Position numbers and translations under genes: made by a program
Shown here: piece after piece, positions 28,042 to 38,019 of the stretch
How positions within the stretch are numbered: the first letter of the stretch is position 1
How the letters are laid out: every line of letters begins with the position of its first letter
Assembly (NCBI GenBank): GCA_028713005.1
Contig: JAQTPC010000001.1
Coordinates: 33,414 to 97,413, forward strand
DNA from: Minisyncoccota bacterium
GTDB lineage: Bacteria; Patescibacteriota; Minisyncoccia; Phycocordibacterales; PALSA-1337
DNA: 64,000 nucleotides
Direction of reading: 5' to 3'
The notes under the pieces: model-generated
Seen by the model: only the letters and a program-made list of their open reading frames with translations
Databases searched by the model: none
Told to the model about the DNA's origin: nothing

Positions 28042-28404
28042 CTAAAACGTGTGATATAGGGTGAATCCCGGATCAACAGGAGCTTGTTGCCGGCCAATCA
28101 ACATGAGAGGCTCGACGATCCTGGCTTGCTTTACCTTGAAACCAAAGCAATCTTCGACTCCATGAGGGAATTTATTTTCGCACCACCACTGGGATGCACG
28201 ACGCGATTCAAGCCGAAGAAAAGCGGCAGTTTGCTTTACAACATAAACAGGACAATCTTCAATGCCAGTATGAGTTCCATCACACGCAAAGACACCCACG
28301 ACAGGTAATGTAAGGCCGACCCACACTTTCCGAACCCACTCAGGCACCTTGTCACCATCGGGAATGTCGAGAATTTTAATACTACCCGTGCAATATATCA
28401 TCAT
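28042..28404 (-). CDS. hypothetical Cys-containing protein, paralogue 2 (120 aa)
   Basis: Colinear similarity to 27587-27931; no known domain. Confidence 0.45.
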   Translation of the reverse strand: MMIYCTGSIKILDIPDGDKVPEWVRKVWVGLTLPVVGVFACDGTHTGIEDCPVYVVKQTAAFLRLESRRASQWWCENKFPHGVEDCFGFKVKQARIVEPLMLIGRQQAPVDPGFTLYHTF

Positions 28405-28442
28405 ATAATAAAGATCCTTTCGGAGACCATTAAAGCAACTAC

Positions 28443-28500
28443 ACAGAAAAATCGCAAGGGCAGGCTTGCGATTTTTCTGTTTACTGATTACCGTTTACTG
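28443..28500. repeat. Family-2 long hairpin element (downstream of rpmA)
   Basis: cagaaaaatcgcaag-N6-cttgcgatttttctg, followed by tttactgattaccgtttactg. A near-copy lies at 33172-33242. Confidence 0.75.
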
Positions 28501-28773
28501 TTATCTAACATGAACAATCTTCTTGCGAGTGATTGAGTTGTTGAAAGATGTCTTGCGCTTTGTAGAGAATACGACAACGCCATTTTTCATAGCAAAGAGA
28601 GTGTCATCCTTGGCACGAGAAACATTGTCACCTGGGAGAACGTTTGTACCGCGCTGACGAACAATGATCTGACCAGTTGTGATGGTTTGACCATGGTTTA
28701 TCTTGACCCCGAGATACTGAGGATTTGAATCGCGACCGTTTTTTGACGAACCTGCTGCTTTTTTATGTGCCAT
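28501..28773 (-). CDS. rpmA: 50S ribosomal protein L27
   Basis: [24 protein letters not shown]…IIVRQRGT… No rplU lies upstream. Confidence 0.88.
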   Translation of the reverse strand: MAHKKAAGSSKNGRDSNPQYLGVKINHGQTITTGQIIVRQRGTNVLPGDNVSRAKDDTLFAMKNGVVVFSTKRKTSFNNSITRKKIVHVR

Positions 28774-29125
28774 AGGAGTTAGTAAATGGGGCTTTTAATT
28801 AGTTAATTTGTTGTCCAAGGAGTGTAACATAGGGCTGTATTACTTGCAAATATCATCCCATACAGGTTTGCTTGAGCTGATTTCCAGGTCAAAAGTAGCT
28901 CAAAATTGGCAAGGGAAGTTTGGAGTAACCATAGTAGCTACCTAGCTAGACGAAAGACTGTATACATGGCTTATTGTATATTTTGTGGCTCAAAATAAGG
29001 GTTATTAAACCTTTCAAAGACTATGCCTGTCAAAAACGACATTGATTCCCCTAGAATGGCTCAAAATAAGGATATTTTGGGTGTAAAATATGGCCTTGTT
29101 GAGCCATATAATCAGTGTAAGGGTC

Positions 29126-29154
29126 TTGACTTTATTGCCTAGGGGTGCTAATAT
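29126..29154 (+). promoter_or_regulatory. sigma70-type promoter (TTGACT-17-TAATAT)
   Basis: ttgact at 29126-29131 and taatat at 29149-29154, about 58 nt upstream of the 29213 start. Confidence 0.5.
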
Positions 29155-29212
29155 GTAACGACAAATGAGCTACGGTAAATCTCATGGTTTACTTTAACTC
29201 GTTTTTTAATTT

Positions 29213-29680
29213 ATGATTGAACTTACAACAGGTATAGCGTTTCTCATGTCGTCTTTGTACGGTGGAGCACAAGCTCAGGCCAATACATCGGTAGATATAG
29301 GAACATCTTCGCCAGTAATCGAGCAAAATACTCATACTGAGGCAAGTTTCATCAATTCAAAGGCAGTCGAGGCTTATGTTAAGACTCAGTACGCCGATGA
29401 ACCACTTCTCATCGAAATCGCACGTTGTGAATCGACATTCCGTCAGTTCGACTCAACCGGTAATATTATCCGTGGTAAGGTCAACAACAAGGACGTCGGT
29501 GTCATGCAGATCAATGAAAGATATCACGCAGAGGACTCCGCAAAGCTCGGGTATAACATCTATACCACAGAGGGTAACGTAGCCTTCGGTAGATACCTTT
29601 ACAAGAAGTATGGATCACAACCTTGGATATCATCATCACCATGTTGGTCTTCAGGAACGCAGTTAGCGATAGCAAAGTAA
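29213..29680 (+). CDS. secreted lysozyme-like/lytic-transglycosylase (GH23 SLT-domain) protein
   Basis: Signal peptide, then …IARCESTFRQFDSTGNIIRGKVNNKDVGVMQINERYH… (catalytic Glu-Ser and the G.MQIN motif). Confidence 0.6.
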   Translation: MIELTTGIAFLMSSLYGGAQAQANTSVDIGTSSPVIEQNTHTEASFINSKAVEAYVKTQYADEPLLIEIARCESTFRQFDSTGNIIRGKVNNKDVGVMQINERYHAEDSAKLGYNIYTTEGNVAFGRYLYKKYGSQPWISSSPCWSSGTQLAIAK

Positions 29681-29711
29681 GCTAACGTAACAATTAAAAA
29701 CTCTTAAGAAG

Positions 29712-29748
29712 AACTCCGGGGCAGAAATGCTTCGGAGTTTTTCTTTTG
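29712..29748 (+). terminator. intrinsic terminator
   Basis: aactccg-N14-cggagtt, then tttcttttg. Confidence 0.7.
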
Positions 29749-29968
29749 CGCCACAAATAATTTTACAAAATTTTTATGAGTTGAGCAGGATGATATGAGG
29801 GAAGAGTGCTGAATAAGAACAAATCTGACCGAGCTGTATGCAGGGCGCAATATACTATGCATGTCGCACAATATATCTTTTTTCATTATCATATATACAA
29901 TTCAAGCACTGTATACGGATAAAGAAAAACGCACTGTGTTGAGTGCGCTTCCTTCTTACTTCTTTCTT

Positions 29969-30289
29969 CTAATTTGGTATCGGTACTGGGTTCGGTAGCT
30001 TTGGTGAACTTGTCTGTACATTGGTCGGCTCGCTATTTTTGATCTTGGTCAGGTTGTCTATAGCTGGTTCCCAGATAAGGTTTATAAAGATATCCTTATA
30101 GAGATATGTTGCAGGATTCTTGAGATACTTGTCCCAGACACTGACTGTAGAGGTTGCGACGTAATGTATGTTGTCTTGAGTGACTGGAGAGTCAACCAAA
30201 GTGCGGAGACTGAAGCCATAGTAGCTGAGGACGAGAAGCGCAATGACGATGATGATGATCCACTTGATGAATCCCCTATTGGTAGTCAT
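29969..30289 (-). CDS. small membrane-anchored protein with a Pro-rich C-terminus
   Basis: 106 aa with one TM helix. Confidence 0.35.
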   Translation of the reverse strand: MTTNRGFIKWIIIIVIALLVLSYYGFSLRTLVDSPVTQDNIHYVATSTVSVWDKYLKNPATYLYKDIFINLIWEPAIDNLTKIKNSEPTNVQTSSPKLPNPVPIPN

Positions 30290-30356
30290 GAGAATAATTT
30301 AGTAGGTAGTAATAGATTTATTATATCACAAGAATATTCAGTATTAGAGGTTCAAC

Positions 30357-31679
30357 CTATAGATACGATAGTGGGTTAAGGTATGCGCTGAAGTCTGCGA
30401 GTGGAATCGTAGCACCACGACAGTTCTTACTGTTGGTAAACTTAGTAATAGCTACACCAGCAGTCGCGTAGACACCGAAGTGTAGATGAGGGCCAGTCGA
30501 ATATCCCGTATTACCACTATAGCCGATAACTGAACCAGTACCCACAACATCTCCTATACGCACATTTTGAACTGAAAGATGAGCATAGAGCGTCGATAGG
30601 CCGTTGGCATGCTTGATCATGATCCATTTACCATATGATTGACAGCCTCGGTATAGATCTGTATTCGCTACTCCTACAACTTCACCGCTTAGTGCAGCTT
30701 TGATTGGTGTGCCGATAGAGACACCGAAGTCGACACCTGTGTGACCCTTACCATTATATATCTGCGGGTTCTTTGTTGAAAAAGCTGTATTGCCAAAATA
30801 CTGTGTGATACGAACCACATCGACCGGATATGAAAGAATATTTTTTCCTGAACTTGGCAACTGGCTACCAGTCACAGTCAGATGTAGAGAATTTTCAAAG
30901 TCCATCATCTCTTGTTCAAAGGCATCTTTTTGAGCTTTCTTTTGATTAAGTATTTTCTGATACTCGGACTGAGATTGTTTAGTATCTTTAAGTAGTTCAT
31001 TTTTTTCTGCAACGGCTGATGCGATTGCACTTTGCTGACCATTTAATTGAGCCTTGAGAGCAGTCAGATCAGCTTGTGCTTGTTGCTTGACCGTTTTGCG
31101 AGTACTCAATGTATCTTTTGTTTTTTTGAGATGTGAAATGTCTGTGAGTAAGCCATCCGTCAAAATACCAAGTTTATTGAGCGAGTCCCATGTTTCAGAG
31201 ATAGAACTTTTAGCCAAAATGATTTCAGGCAAGCTCTGGTCACTGTGCTGATTGAGTACACTAAATGCGCTACTGATCGCACGTCGATCAGCTGAAACAG
31301 TCAGTTCTGTATCTGATATCTGAGAATTTAACCCTTGTATGGCAATATTTGCGGCAGTGATCTTGTCCTCAGTGAGCTTAATCTGCGCTGAGAGCTTCTT
31401 TTTTGTGAGATCAAGAGATTTAATTGTCGAGCTGAGCGAACTTGCCTGTGTACTCAGTGAATTGAGTTGACTTTCATATTGAGCAATCTCTTTTTCAAGG
31501 GCTTTGATATCCGCTCCACGTTGATCAATCTTGGTCTGCAGTTCGAGGACCTTTGGGTCTACCGTGGGAGCAGGAGTATCGCCTGGCTCGGCATACGCGA
31601 CTGAGCCAAAAGCTATCACCAGGATGGCGTACAGGAATAGATTGAGTGAAAATAGACGGAATATTTTCATATTATCCAT
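30357..31679 (-). CDS. M23 peptidase with N-terminal coiled coil (EnvC-like but with an intact HxH active site)
   Basis: Signal peptide, about 250 aa of coiled coil, then …HTGVDFGVSIGTPIKA…GYSGNTGYSTGPHLHFGVY…. Confidence 0.8.
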   Translation of the reverse strand: MDNMKIFRLFSLNLFLYAILVIAFGSVAYAEPGDTPAPTVDPKVLELQTKIDQRGADIKALEKEIAQYESQLNSLSTQASSLSSTIKSLDLTKKKLSAQIKLTEDKITAANIAIQGLNSQISDTELTVSADRRAISSAFSVLNQHSDQSLPEIILAKSSISETWDSLNKLGILTDGLLTDISHLKKTKDTLSTRKTVKQQAQADLTALKAQLNGQQSAIASAVAEKNELLKDTKQSQSEYQKILNQKKAQKDAFEQEMMDFENSLHLTVTGSQLPSSGKNILSYPVDVVRITQYFGNTAFSTKNPQIYNGKGHTGVDFGVSIGTPIKAALSGEVVGVANTDLYRGCQSYGKWIMIKHANGLSTLYAHLSVQNVRIGDVVGTGSVIGYSGNTGYSTGPHLHFGVYATAGVAITKFTNSKNCRGATIPLADFSAYLNPLSYL

Positions 31680-31684
31680 ACATG

Positions 31685-33160
31685 TTACTGAGACGGCGTA
31701 TTTAGTTTTTCAAGTGCAACAGATAGACGTTTTAACGATTCATCTTTGCCAAGAATATATGAAGATACAAATGGATCTGGTGATTTTTCCTTGCCCGTAA
31801 CAGCGACACGGAATGGCCATAAAACATCACCTTTACCATTGGCTTCAACATATGGCCATACGGCATTTTTTATTCCTTCAGCAGTAAATAAATCAGTAGA
31901 AATAGAGTTGAGCTGTGAGTGGATCTCGGCAATATGTTTTTTTGTTATTTCTTTATCAGGATTTTTCTTCCATAAAAGTTGACTAGCAGGGTAGTCTGAT
32001 AGCGCTTTCACAAAACTCAACTCCCCTTCCCCATCGAACAGTTTTGGTGCGTCACCAAGAGTGACGATTTTTTCTTTAATGAGCGGTAACGTACGTTCAT
32101 CTACTAAACTCTTTTGAGCAGAATCTAAAAATGACTCGAGACGTATAAGCAGTTCTTGATCAGACATTTTTGCTATATGTTCTCGGTTGAACCAGCCTAG
32201 CTTTTCTTCATTGAATACTCCCCCACTCTTTTGTACTTTAGCGACATCAAAAACTGACTTGAGCTCTGTCATAGTGAATACTTCTTGCTCAGTGCCCGGA
32301 TTCCAACCAATCAAGGCAAGTATATTGAGCATGGCCTCTGGCAAATATCCTTCAGCTTTGTATTCGAGTATGTCTTTTGCGCCATCACGCTTGCCAAGTT
32401 TCTTGGTCTTATCATCACGCAGGATAGGTGGCAGTGTAGCAAAGATAGGTGGCATAAGGCCAAGCGCTTCATATAAGCTCAGGTATTTTGGTGTACTCGA
32501 AATGAACTCTTCTCCACGAAGTATATGCGTCACGCCCATCTCATGATCGTCGATGATGTGAGCGAAATTATATGTGGGATATCCATCACTCTTCATGATG
32601 ATAAAATCATCTTGAGCTTCTTCTCCAGCTTGGAGATCACCACGAACCACATCATGCCAGTGTGAACGTGCGATAGTTGGCGTCTTGAGACGAAGCGGTT
32701 TGGTGCCATCCCATGGGGCTTTCATAAGCTCATCACTTGGACGATGGTTACGGTATAGGAAAGGTCTCTTTGCCATGTCAGCCTCGGCACGAAAAGCGGC
32801 AAGCTCTTCTGCTGTGTATGGATCAGGATATGCAAGGCCTTTTGCGACTAACTCGAGTGCGTATTTTTTGTATATTGAAAGTCGCTCAGACTGTATACAT
32901 GAACCAAAAGGGCCTGGTTTATCTGGTCCAAAATCCCACTCAATACCCAACCATGAAAGCGAATCTTGGATATGTTTGACTGAACCCGCAACTTCACGTT
33001 CTTTGTCGGTATCTTCTATGCGCAATATGAATGTGCCCTTGTTTTTACGTGCTAAAAGATAGGCAAAAAGAGCTGTGCGAACGCCACCAATATGCATAAA
33101 ACCAGTTGGTGAAGGAGCGAAACGCGTAACAATAGGTTTTGAACTGGATTCAGGGGTCAT
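31685..33160 (-). CDS. gltX: glutamyl-tRNA synthetase
   Basis: …RFAPSPTGFMHIGGVRTALF… HIGH-class motif and KLGKRDGA (KMSKS). Confidence 0.9.
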   Translation of the reverse strand: MTPESSSKPIVTRFAPSPTGFMHIGGVRTALFAYLLARKNKGTFILRIEDTDKEREVAGSVKHIQDSLSWLGIEWDFGPDKPGPFGSCIQSERLSIYKKYALELVAKGLAYPDPYTAEELAAFRAEADMAKRPFLYRNHRPSDELMKAPWDGTKPLRLKTPTIARSHWHDVVRGDLQAGEEAQDDFIIMKSDGYPTYNFAHIIDDHEMGVTHILRGEEFISSTPKYLSLYEALGLMPPIFATLPPILRDDKTKKLGKRDGAKDILEYKAEGYLPEAMLNILALIGWNPGTEQEVFTMTELKSVFDVAKVQKSGGVFNEEKLGWFNREHIAKMSDQELLIRLESFLDSAQKSLVDERTLPLIKEKIVTLGDAPKLFDGEGELSFVKALSDYPASQLLWKKNPDKEITKKHIAEIHSQLNSISTDLFTAEGIKNAVWPYVEANGKGDVLWPFRVAVTGKEKSPDPFVSSYILGKDESLKRLSVALEKLNTPSQ

Positions 33161-33171
33161 TTACTAATTGT

Positions 33172-33242
33172 AAACGGTAAACAGTAATTAGTAAACAGAA
33201 AATCGCAAGGTTCGCTTGCGATTTTCTGTTTACTGTTTACCG
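33172..33242. repeat. Family-2 long hairpin element, extended palindrome
   Basis: aaacggtaaacag…cagaaaatcgcaag-N5-cttgcgattttctg-tttactgtttaccg. Confidence 0.75.
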
Positions 33243-33256
33243 ATCTCTATCTACTA

Positions 33257-33763
33257 CTACCCCTTGATCTGAGCTCCTGCAGCTGATGAAGCGTGGAAAA
33301 CCTTCATAATGATATTTCCGTTTGCATCCTTGAGAGGAAGATCAAGCGTTGCATCAAACTTTTTATCACCATTATCAGAATGCATCATAGCGTAATATGT
33401 CACTCCATCAACCATTGGCTGTGTGAGGGTGATCTTGCCTGGACTAATACCAGCTACAAAATACATCTGTCCAATAATCTTACCTGGTGTACCTGCATTG
33501 TCTGCATGGATAACTACCCAACCTGGATTCTCAAACTGTGCTGAGTTGAGATAAACGACATTACCTGGATACTGATCACCCATAACAACACGATTGAGTG
33601 CGCCTGGTGTGTTTGAAGTATCATCTGTTGCGATAGCGTTTTGATCTGAAGGCAAAGAAGCACTCTTGCCACCAAATACCCAGATACCGATGATAATAAG
33701 GACAATGATAACCACTACTGTAACTACCCACTGCCATGTCTTGATACCGCTTTGAGGTTGCAT
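33257..33763 (-). CDS. hypothetical membrane-anchored exported protein (168 aa)
   Basis: N-terminal TM helix and a Gly/Asn-rich extracytoplasmic domain. Confidence 0.45.
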   Translation of the reverse strand: MQPQSGIKTWQWVVTVVVIIVLIIIGIWVFGGKSASLPSDQNAIATDDTSNTPGALNRVVMGDQYPGNVVYLNSAQFENPGWVVIHADNAGTPGKIIGQMYFVAGISPGKITLTQPMVDGVTYYAMMHSDNGDKKFDATLDLPLKDANGNIIMKVFHASSAAGAQIKG

Positions 33764-33872
33764 ATTAGTATTAATTAAATTTATACGTTAATAAAATTCG
33801 ACTGTGTTTAGACTCATATTCTACACCCGCACCACCCTAAGTACAAGGTTTACAAAAGACTTAAAGTAAGCC

Positions 33873-35009
33873 CTACTTTTCATGTTCAAGGCCTATACTG
33901 AGTATGGCTTCTGCTATAAGTGATGCACTATCAAGCCGTGAGAAAGCCTTAGCTCTTTCACTCATTGTTTTACTGATAGCCTGGGATCCAACTATACGGT
34001 TGATCTCACCAATGAGTACATGTGGTGTAAGGTTATTTTCTTCGACAACAGAGGCAGCTCCTGTTGAAGCATAGGCAAATGCGTTGGCCGTTTGATCATG
34101 ACTGATAGAGCTTGGCAAAGGGATAATTATCGATGGCACACCCCATGAAGCAATTTCAAATATTGTTGACCCAGCTCTTGATACGATAATCGTAGCCGCT
34201 CCAGTCGACATACGCAGCGCTAGCTCATCAAGATAATCAAAAGGATGATATCGGTAACTGTACGGATGATCCTTGAGCGTTATGTTTGTGGTTGACTGTA
34301 TCTCTGCTAGATTTGCTCGTCCAGTCTGATGGATGATCTGGTATTTATTGAGAAGTTCAGGTAAGGCCTGAAGTATGACATCATTGATGTTTTGTGAACC
34401 TTGAGAACCACCGAGAACAAGAATAACAGGTATATTTTGCTCAAGATTTAAAAATTCAAATGCACCATTTTTGAGTGGCTGAGCAATCTCTGCACGGATA
34501 GGATTGCCGGTATATGCAATACGAGTTTTATCCTTTATTTTGAAAAAATCAGTAGCAGATGGGTACGACAAGGCTATGCGTCTCGCAAATTTCCCTGCCC
34601 ATAGATTTGCTCTACCGGGATGACTATCTGATTCATGCACCACTACAGGAATACCGAGAATACGTGCAGCCAAGAGTGGCGGGAAGCTCGTATAGCCACC
34701 CTTACTGAACACCACGTCAGGATAGATAGAAAACATCTTTATGAGTGCTATAAAACAACCAGATACTGTTTTGAAAGCATCAGTAAAATTGAGTACAGAA
34801 AAATAACGACGAATCTTTCCTGCAGGTACATACACATACTCGATCTCATTATCAAATAAAGCTCGGGGGTTGTACTTGGCTGGCGCCATAAAGAAAAACT
34901 GTGGCGGTAAAACCTTCTTTTCTTTTGCATGCTCACGAATGGCTTGTGCTACAGCGATGATCGGGTAAAAGTGGCCTCCTGTGCCTCCGCCAGTAAATAG
35001 GATTTTCAT
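33873..35009 (-). CDS. murG: UDP-GlcNAc:undecaprenyl-PP-MurNAc-pentapeptide GlcNAc transferase
   Basis: MKILFTGGGTGGHFYPIIAV… and GT28 C-terminal motifs. Follows ftsW, as in dcw clusters. Confidence 0.85.
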   Translation of the reverse strand: MKILFTGGGTGGHFYPIIAVAQAIREHAKEKKVLPPQFFFMAPAKYNPRALFDNEIEYVYVPAGKIRRYFSVLNFTDAFKTVSGCFIALIKMFSIYPDVVFSKGGYTSFPPLLAARILGIPVVVHESDSHPGRANLWAGKFARRIALSYPSATDFFKIKDKTRIAYTGNPIRAEIAQPLKNGAFEFLNLEQNIPVILVLGGSQGSQNINDVILQALPELLNKYQIIHQTGRANLAEIQSTTNITLKDHPYSYRYHPFDYLDELALRMSTGAATIIVSRAGSTIFEIASWGVPSIIIPLPSSISHDQTANAFAYASTGAASVVEENNLTPHVLIGEINRIVGSQAISKTMSERAKAFSRLDSASLIAEAILSIGLEHEK

Positions 35010-35055
35010 GGGATTATTTTAACATAATTTACTACATTCGTTGATTCGCAACATA

Positions 35056-36156
35056 TTATCCTTTTGCGTATCTCGATACATTTGCCAGAACCCCTGCTGC
35101 AGCAAGGATAATAATAAGCGCTGTACCACCATGGGATACGAACAATAGTGGTACACCAGAAAGCGGCACAATGCCGAGCATTGCTGACATATTCAAAAAT
35201 GATTCAGTGATAATGAGTACACCGATACCAACTGCAATCATACTTCCAAAAAGATCAGGTGCTTTGCCTGCAATTCGAAATGCACTTGCAATAATGAGCA
35301 GATAGAGACCGACGAGTAATGTGCTACCAATGAAACCGAATTCTTCACTTGCAACCGCAAAAATTGAGTCGTCAGTCGGTTGTGGTAGATATCCGAACTT
35401 TTGAATACTTTGTCCGAATCCTCGCCCTGTTATCTCTCCTGAGCCAATAGCAATGAGTGATTGGTTGATCTGATATCCCGCTCCTCTCGTATCACTACCA
35501 CCGGTAAAGAATGTTTGCACGCGTTGATACGCATACGGGCGCAAAAGAACTACAGAGACAACTACAAGTGCAAGCACTCCTCCTGCCATAGCCATATGTT
35601 TTATAGGCATACCAGCGATCAACAGCATAACTACGCCAGTAAAAGCAATAATGAGAAACGTATCAGTATCAGACTGAGCAAGTAATAATCCTCCAAGAAT
35701 AGCAGTAATCACTAAATAGGGCGCGAGACCAAACTTTAATGTCGATATCTTATCTTTTGCAAACTGTATCCAGGCAGCTAGATATATGATAAATGCAATC
35801 TTCAAAAATTCTGACGGCTGGAATGAAAGTGGGCCAATATTGATCCAGCGCGCAGCACCACCGTGAAATAGACTCAAGCTTGGGATAAATAGAAGCAGGT
35901 TAATAGCTATTGCACCAAGAAATATAAATAAAGCAGTTTTTCGTAGATATGTATACTTGAGTCGAGAGAAGAAAAAGAATGCTGTAATACCAATAACCAA
36001 ACTTATGATTTGCTTTGTAGCTACAGTAACAAAACTCACTCCGTCTTGTGTGAGCAATCCAAGAGAAGCGGAAAGGAATATGACAAAACCAACCAGAGTG
36101 AGAGCTCCTATAGATAAAAGAAAGAAACGGTCTATGTGTCCAACACGCGATAACAT
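35056..36156 (-). CDS. ftsW: SEDS-family peptidoglycan polymerase (FtsW/RodA)
   Basis: About 10 TM helices and …SDTDTFLIIAF… family motifs, upstream of murG. Confidence 0.75.
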   Translation of the reverse strand: MLSRVGHIDRFFLLSIGALTLVGFVIFLSASLGLLTQDGVSFVTVATKQIISLVIGITAFFFFSRLKYTYLRKTALFIFLGAIAINLLLFIPSLSLFHGGAARWINIGPLSFQPSEFLKIAFIIYLAAWIQFAKDKISTLKFGLAPYLVITAILGGLLLAQSDTDTFLIIAFTGVVMLLIAGMPIKHMAMAGGVLALVVVSVVLLRPYAYQRVQTFFTGGSDTRGAGYQINQSLIAIGSGEITGRGFGQSIQKFGYLPQPTDDSIFAVASEEFGFIGSTLLVGLYLLIIASAFRIAGKAPDLFGSMIAVGIGVLIITESFLNMSAMLGIVPLSGVPLLFVSHGGTALIIILAAAGVLANVSRYAKG

Positions 36157-36812
36157 TATGCTCCTATTGTAGCACCGTTTAATGCAGGTTCAGTATCTGT
36201 GGATTGCTGAGTTTCAGTGTTCTGAGCTGGTTCTGCAGTCTGATTCTTGAATGACTCAATATCTGCTCGAACTTTTTCATATTCAGGCAATTCTTCTATT
36301 TTTGAAATACCGAGATGAGCGAGGAGATCCAAAGTAGTTTTGTAAAGAAAACTACGAGCATCTTTTGGATTATCGACACGTTCAACAAGACCACGGATAA
36401 GGAGGTTACGGACGATGAACTGAGAATTGACACCACGGATATAGTCTATGTCTGCACGCGAGATTGGCCCTTGGTAGAGGATGATTGAAAGGGTTTCAAG
36501 ACCAGCTTTGCCAAGGTCACGAGTAAGCTCTTCTTTGGTGAGCTTTTCGATGAGTGGCGAGAGTTCCTTGGCTGTACCAAGCATAACTTCAGTGTCAGTT
36601 TGCACAAGGGAAAGTCCCCTGCCCTGTAGTGTTTTTTCTAGCTCTATGAGGCCAACTTTTATTTGTTCTTCAGTTACTTTTACACCTTCAGTTGTGCCTG
36701 CCTGCGCAGGCAGGTCGGTTTTTTCTATTGAAAGTAATTGTGCTAGTTTTTTGAACGTAACTGGTTCGGCTTTCCAAAAAAGGATAGCTTCGAGTTGTTG
36801 AGAAAGATTCAT
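36156..36812 (-). CDS. scpB: segregation and condensation protein B
   Basis: …LEAILFWKAEPVT… and tandem winged-helix ScpB motifs. Confidence 0.8.
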   Translation of the reverse strand: MNLSQQLEAILFWKAEPVTFKKLAQLLSIEKTDLPAQAGTTEGVKVTEEQIKVGLIELEKTLQGRGLSLVQTDTEVMLGTAKELSPLIEKLTKEELTRDLGKAGLETLSIILYQGPISRADIDYIRGVNSQFIVRNLLIRGLVERVDNPKDARSFLYKTTLDLLAHLGISKIEELPEYEKVRADIESFKNQTAEPAQNTETQQSTDTEPALNGATIGA

Positions 36813-36886
36813 GAGTTGTATTTTAACACTTTTTACACATAAAAAAAGCCAGACTCTACGTCTGACTTTGCGAAACCCATAATTAA

Positions 36887-37198
36887 TTACAGTTGTGCGA
36901 TTCTTGAGGGTTCCTTTCGGATCGCTTCGGCAATACGATGAATAGTGTATTGATTAGAGTGACACCAAAATCTTTTACCCATTTCATTTTGTAAAAGCAT
37001 CACATAGACGCACAAATGGCGCGGTGCAACTTCATCTGATAGTGCCCACCCGATAACTTTCCATCCACTTTCAAAATCGTGCATTCTAGTAAGAGTGTCG
37101 ATGCTCACATCTAACTCTCTTGCACATGTCTCAAGGGTAAAATGAACTGGTTTTATACGTGGAATGACCGCTTCGTCTTTTGCTTCAGCACGTCTCAT
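36887..37198 (-). CDS. hypothetical protein (103 aa, possible HTH) inserted between scpA and scpB
   Basis: …LDVSIDTLTRMHDFESGW…, with a weak terminator-like hairpin downstream. Confidence 0.4.
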   Translation of the reverse strand: MRRAEAKDEAVIPRIKPVHFTLETCARELDVSIDTLTRMHDFESGWKVIGWALSDEVAPRHLCVYVMLLQNEMGKRFWCHSNQYTIHRIAEAIRKEPSRIAQL

Positions 37199-37272
37199 AA
37201 AATAATCTCCTTTCAGACATTATAAAAGCAAATTATTTAGCTTATGTCAATATACACCTAAAAATAACAAAT

Positions 37273-38019
37273 CTAATACCTCGGCACGCCAACTTCTTTT
37301 GTCTCCATTTGTATATCAGAAAAAGCAGACTCCTGAGTGACATGCACTATTCCCTGCTTGACGAGCTCAAGCATAGCGAGAAAGCTCACAATAAAGTTAA
37401 CCTTATTTTCTCTATGTTCACCCGCAAAGCTCTTGAAACTCATCCTCAATTGCCCTTGAATACGCTGGGTCAGAGTGCCAATCATATCTTCGAGACTAAT
37501 AACTTTTTGCACAACAACCTGGGGCAACTTTTCTTTCTTTGGTAAACGACCGATCAAATCTTTCAAAAGTGATAAGCTTTTCTCGAGAGTGAATTCGGTA
37601 TCAGGTGCGAAAACAGGAGTCACTGGTCGGGCATGAGACTGTGAAAAAATAGCATTACCGCCAAACAAGGCCTGTACACCCTTACTTGCTTCTTTTATCC
37701 TTTGGTATATCTTGAGGCGTGTTTCAAGATGATGAATATCGCCTTTTTCTTCCTCTGTAAGATTGAGTTCTGGTAAAAGTGACTTTGACTTGATCAAAAG
37801 TAGCGTCGAAGCAATCAAGATAAAATGCGCCGACTCACCCATGGGCATATTTTCAAACTGCTGGATATGTGCGATAAAATCATCAGTTACTTTTGCGAGA
37901 GAAATATCGTTTATAAAAAGCTTCCTCTTTTCTATGAGATCAAGAAGGAGGTCGAGGGGCCCTTCAAAAGTTTGGGTTTTTATCTTGAACTGATCATTGT
38001 TCATTGTGTTATTGATCAT
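37273..38019 (-). CDS. scpA: segregation and condensation protein A
   Basis: …FEGPLDLLLDLIEKRKL… ScpA N-terminal motif. Confidence 0.8.
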   Translation of the reverse strand: MINNTMNNDQFKIKTQTFEGPLDLLLDLIEKRKLFINDISLAKVTDDFIAHIQQFENMPMGESAHFILIASTLLLIKSKSLLPELNLTEEEKGDIHHLETRLKIYQRIKEASKGVQALFGGNAIFSQSHARPVTPVFAPDTEFTLEKSLSLLKDLIGRLPKKEKLPQVVVQKVISLEDMIGTLTQRIQGQLRMSFKSFAGEHRENKVNFIVSFLAMLELVKQGIVHVTQESAFSDIQMETKEVGVPRY

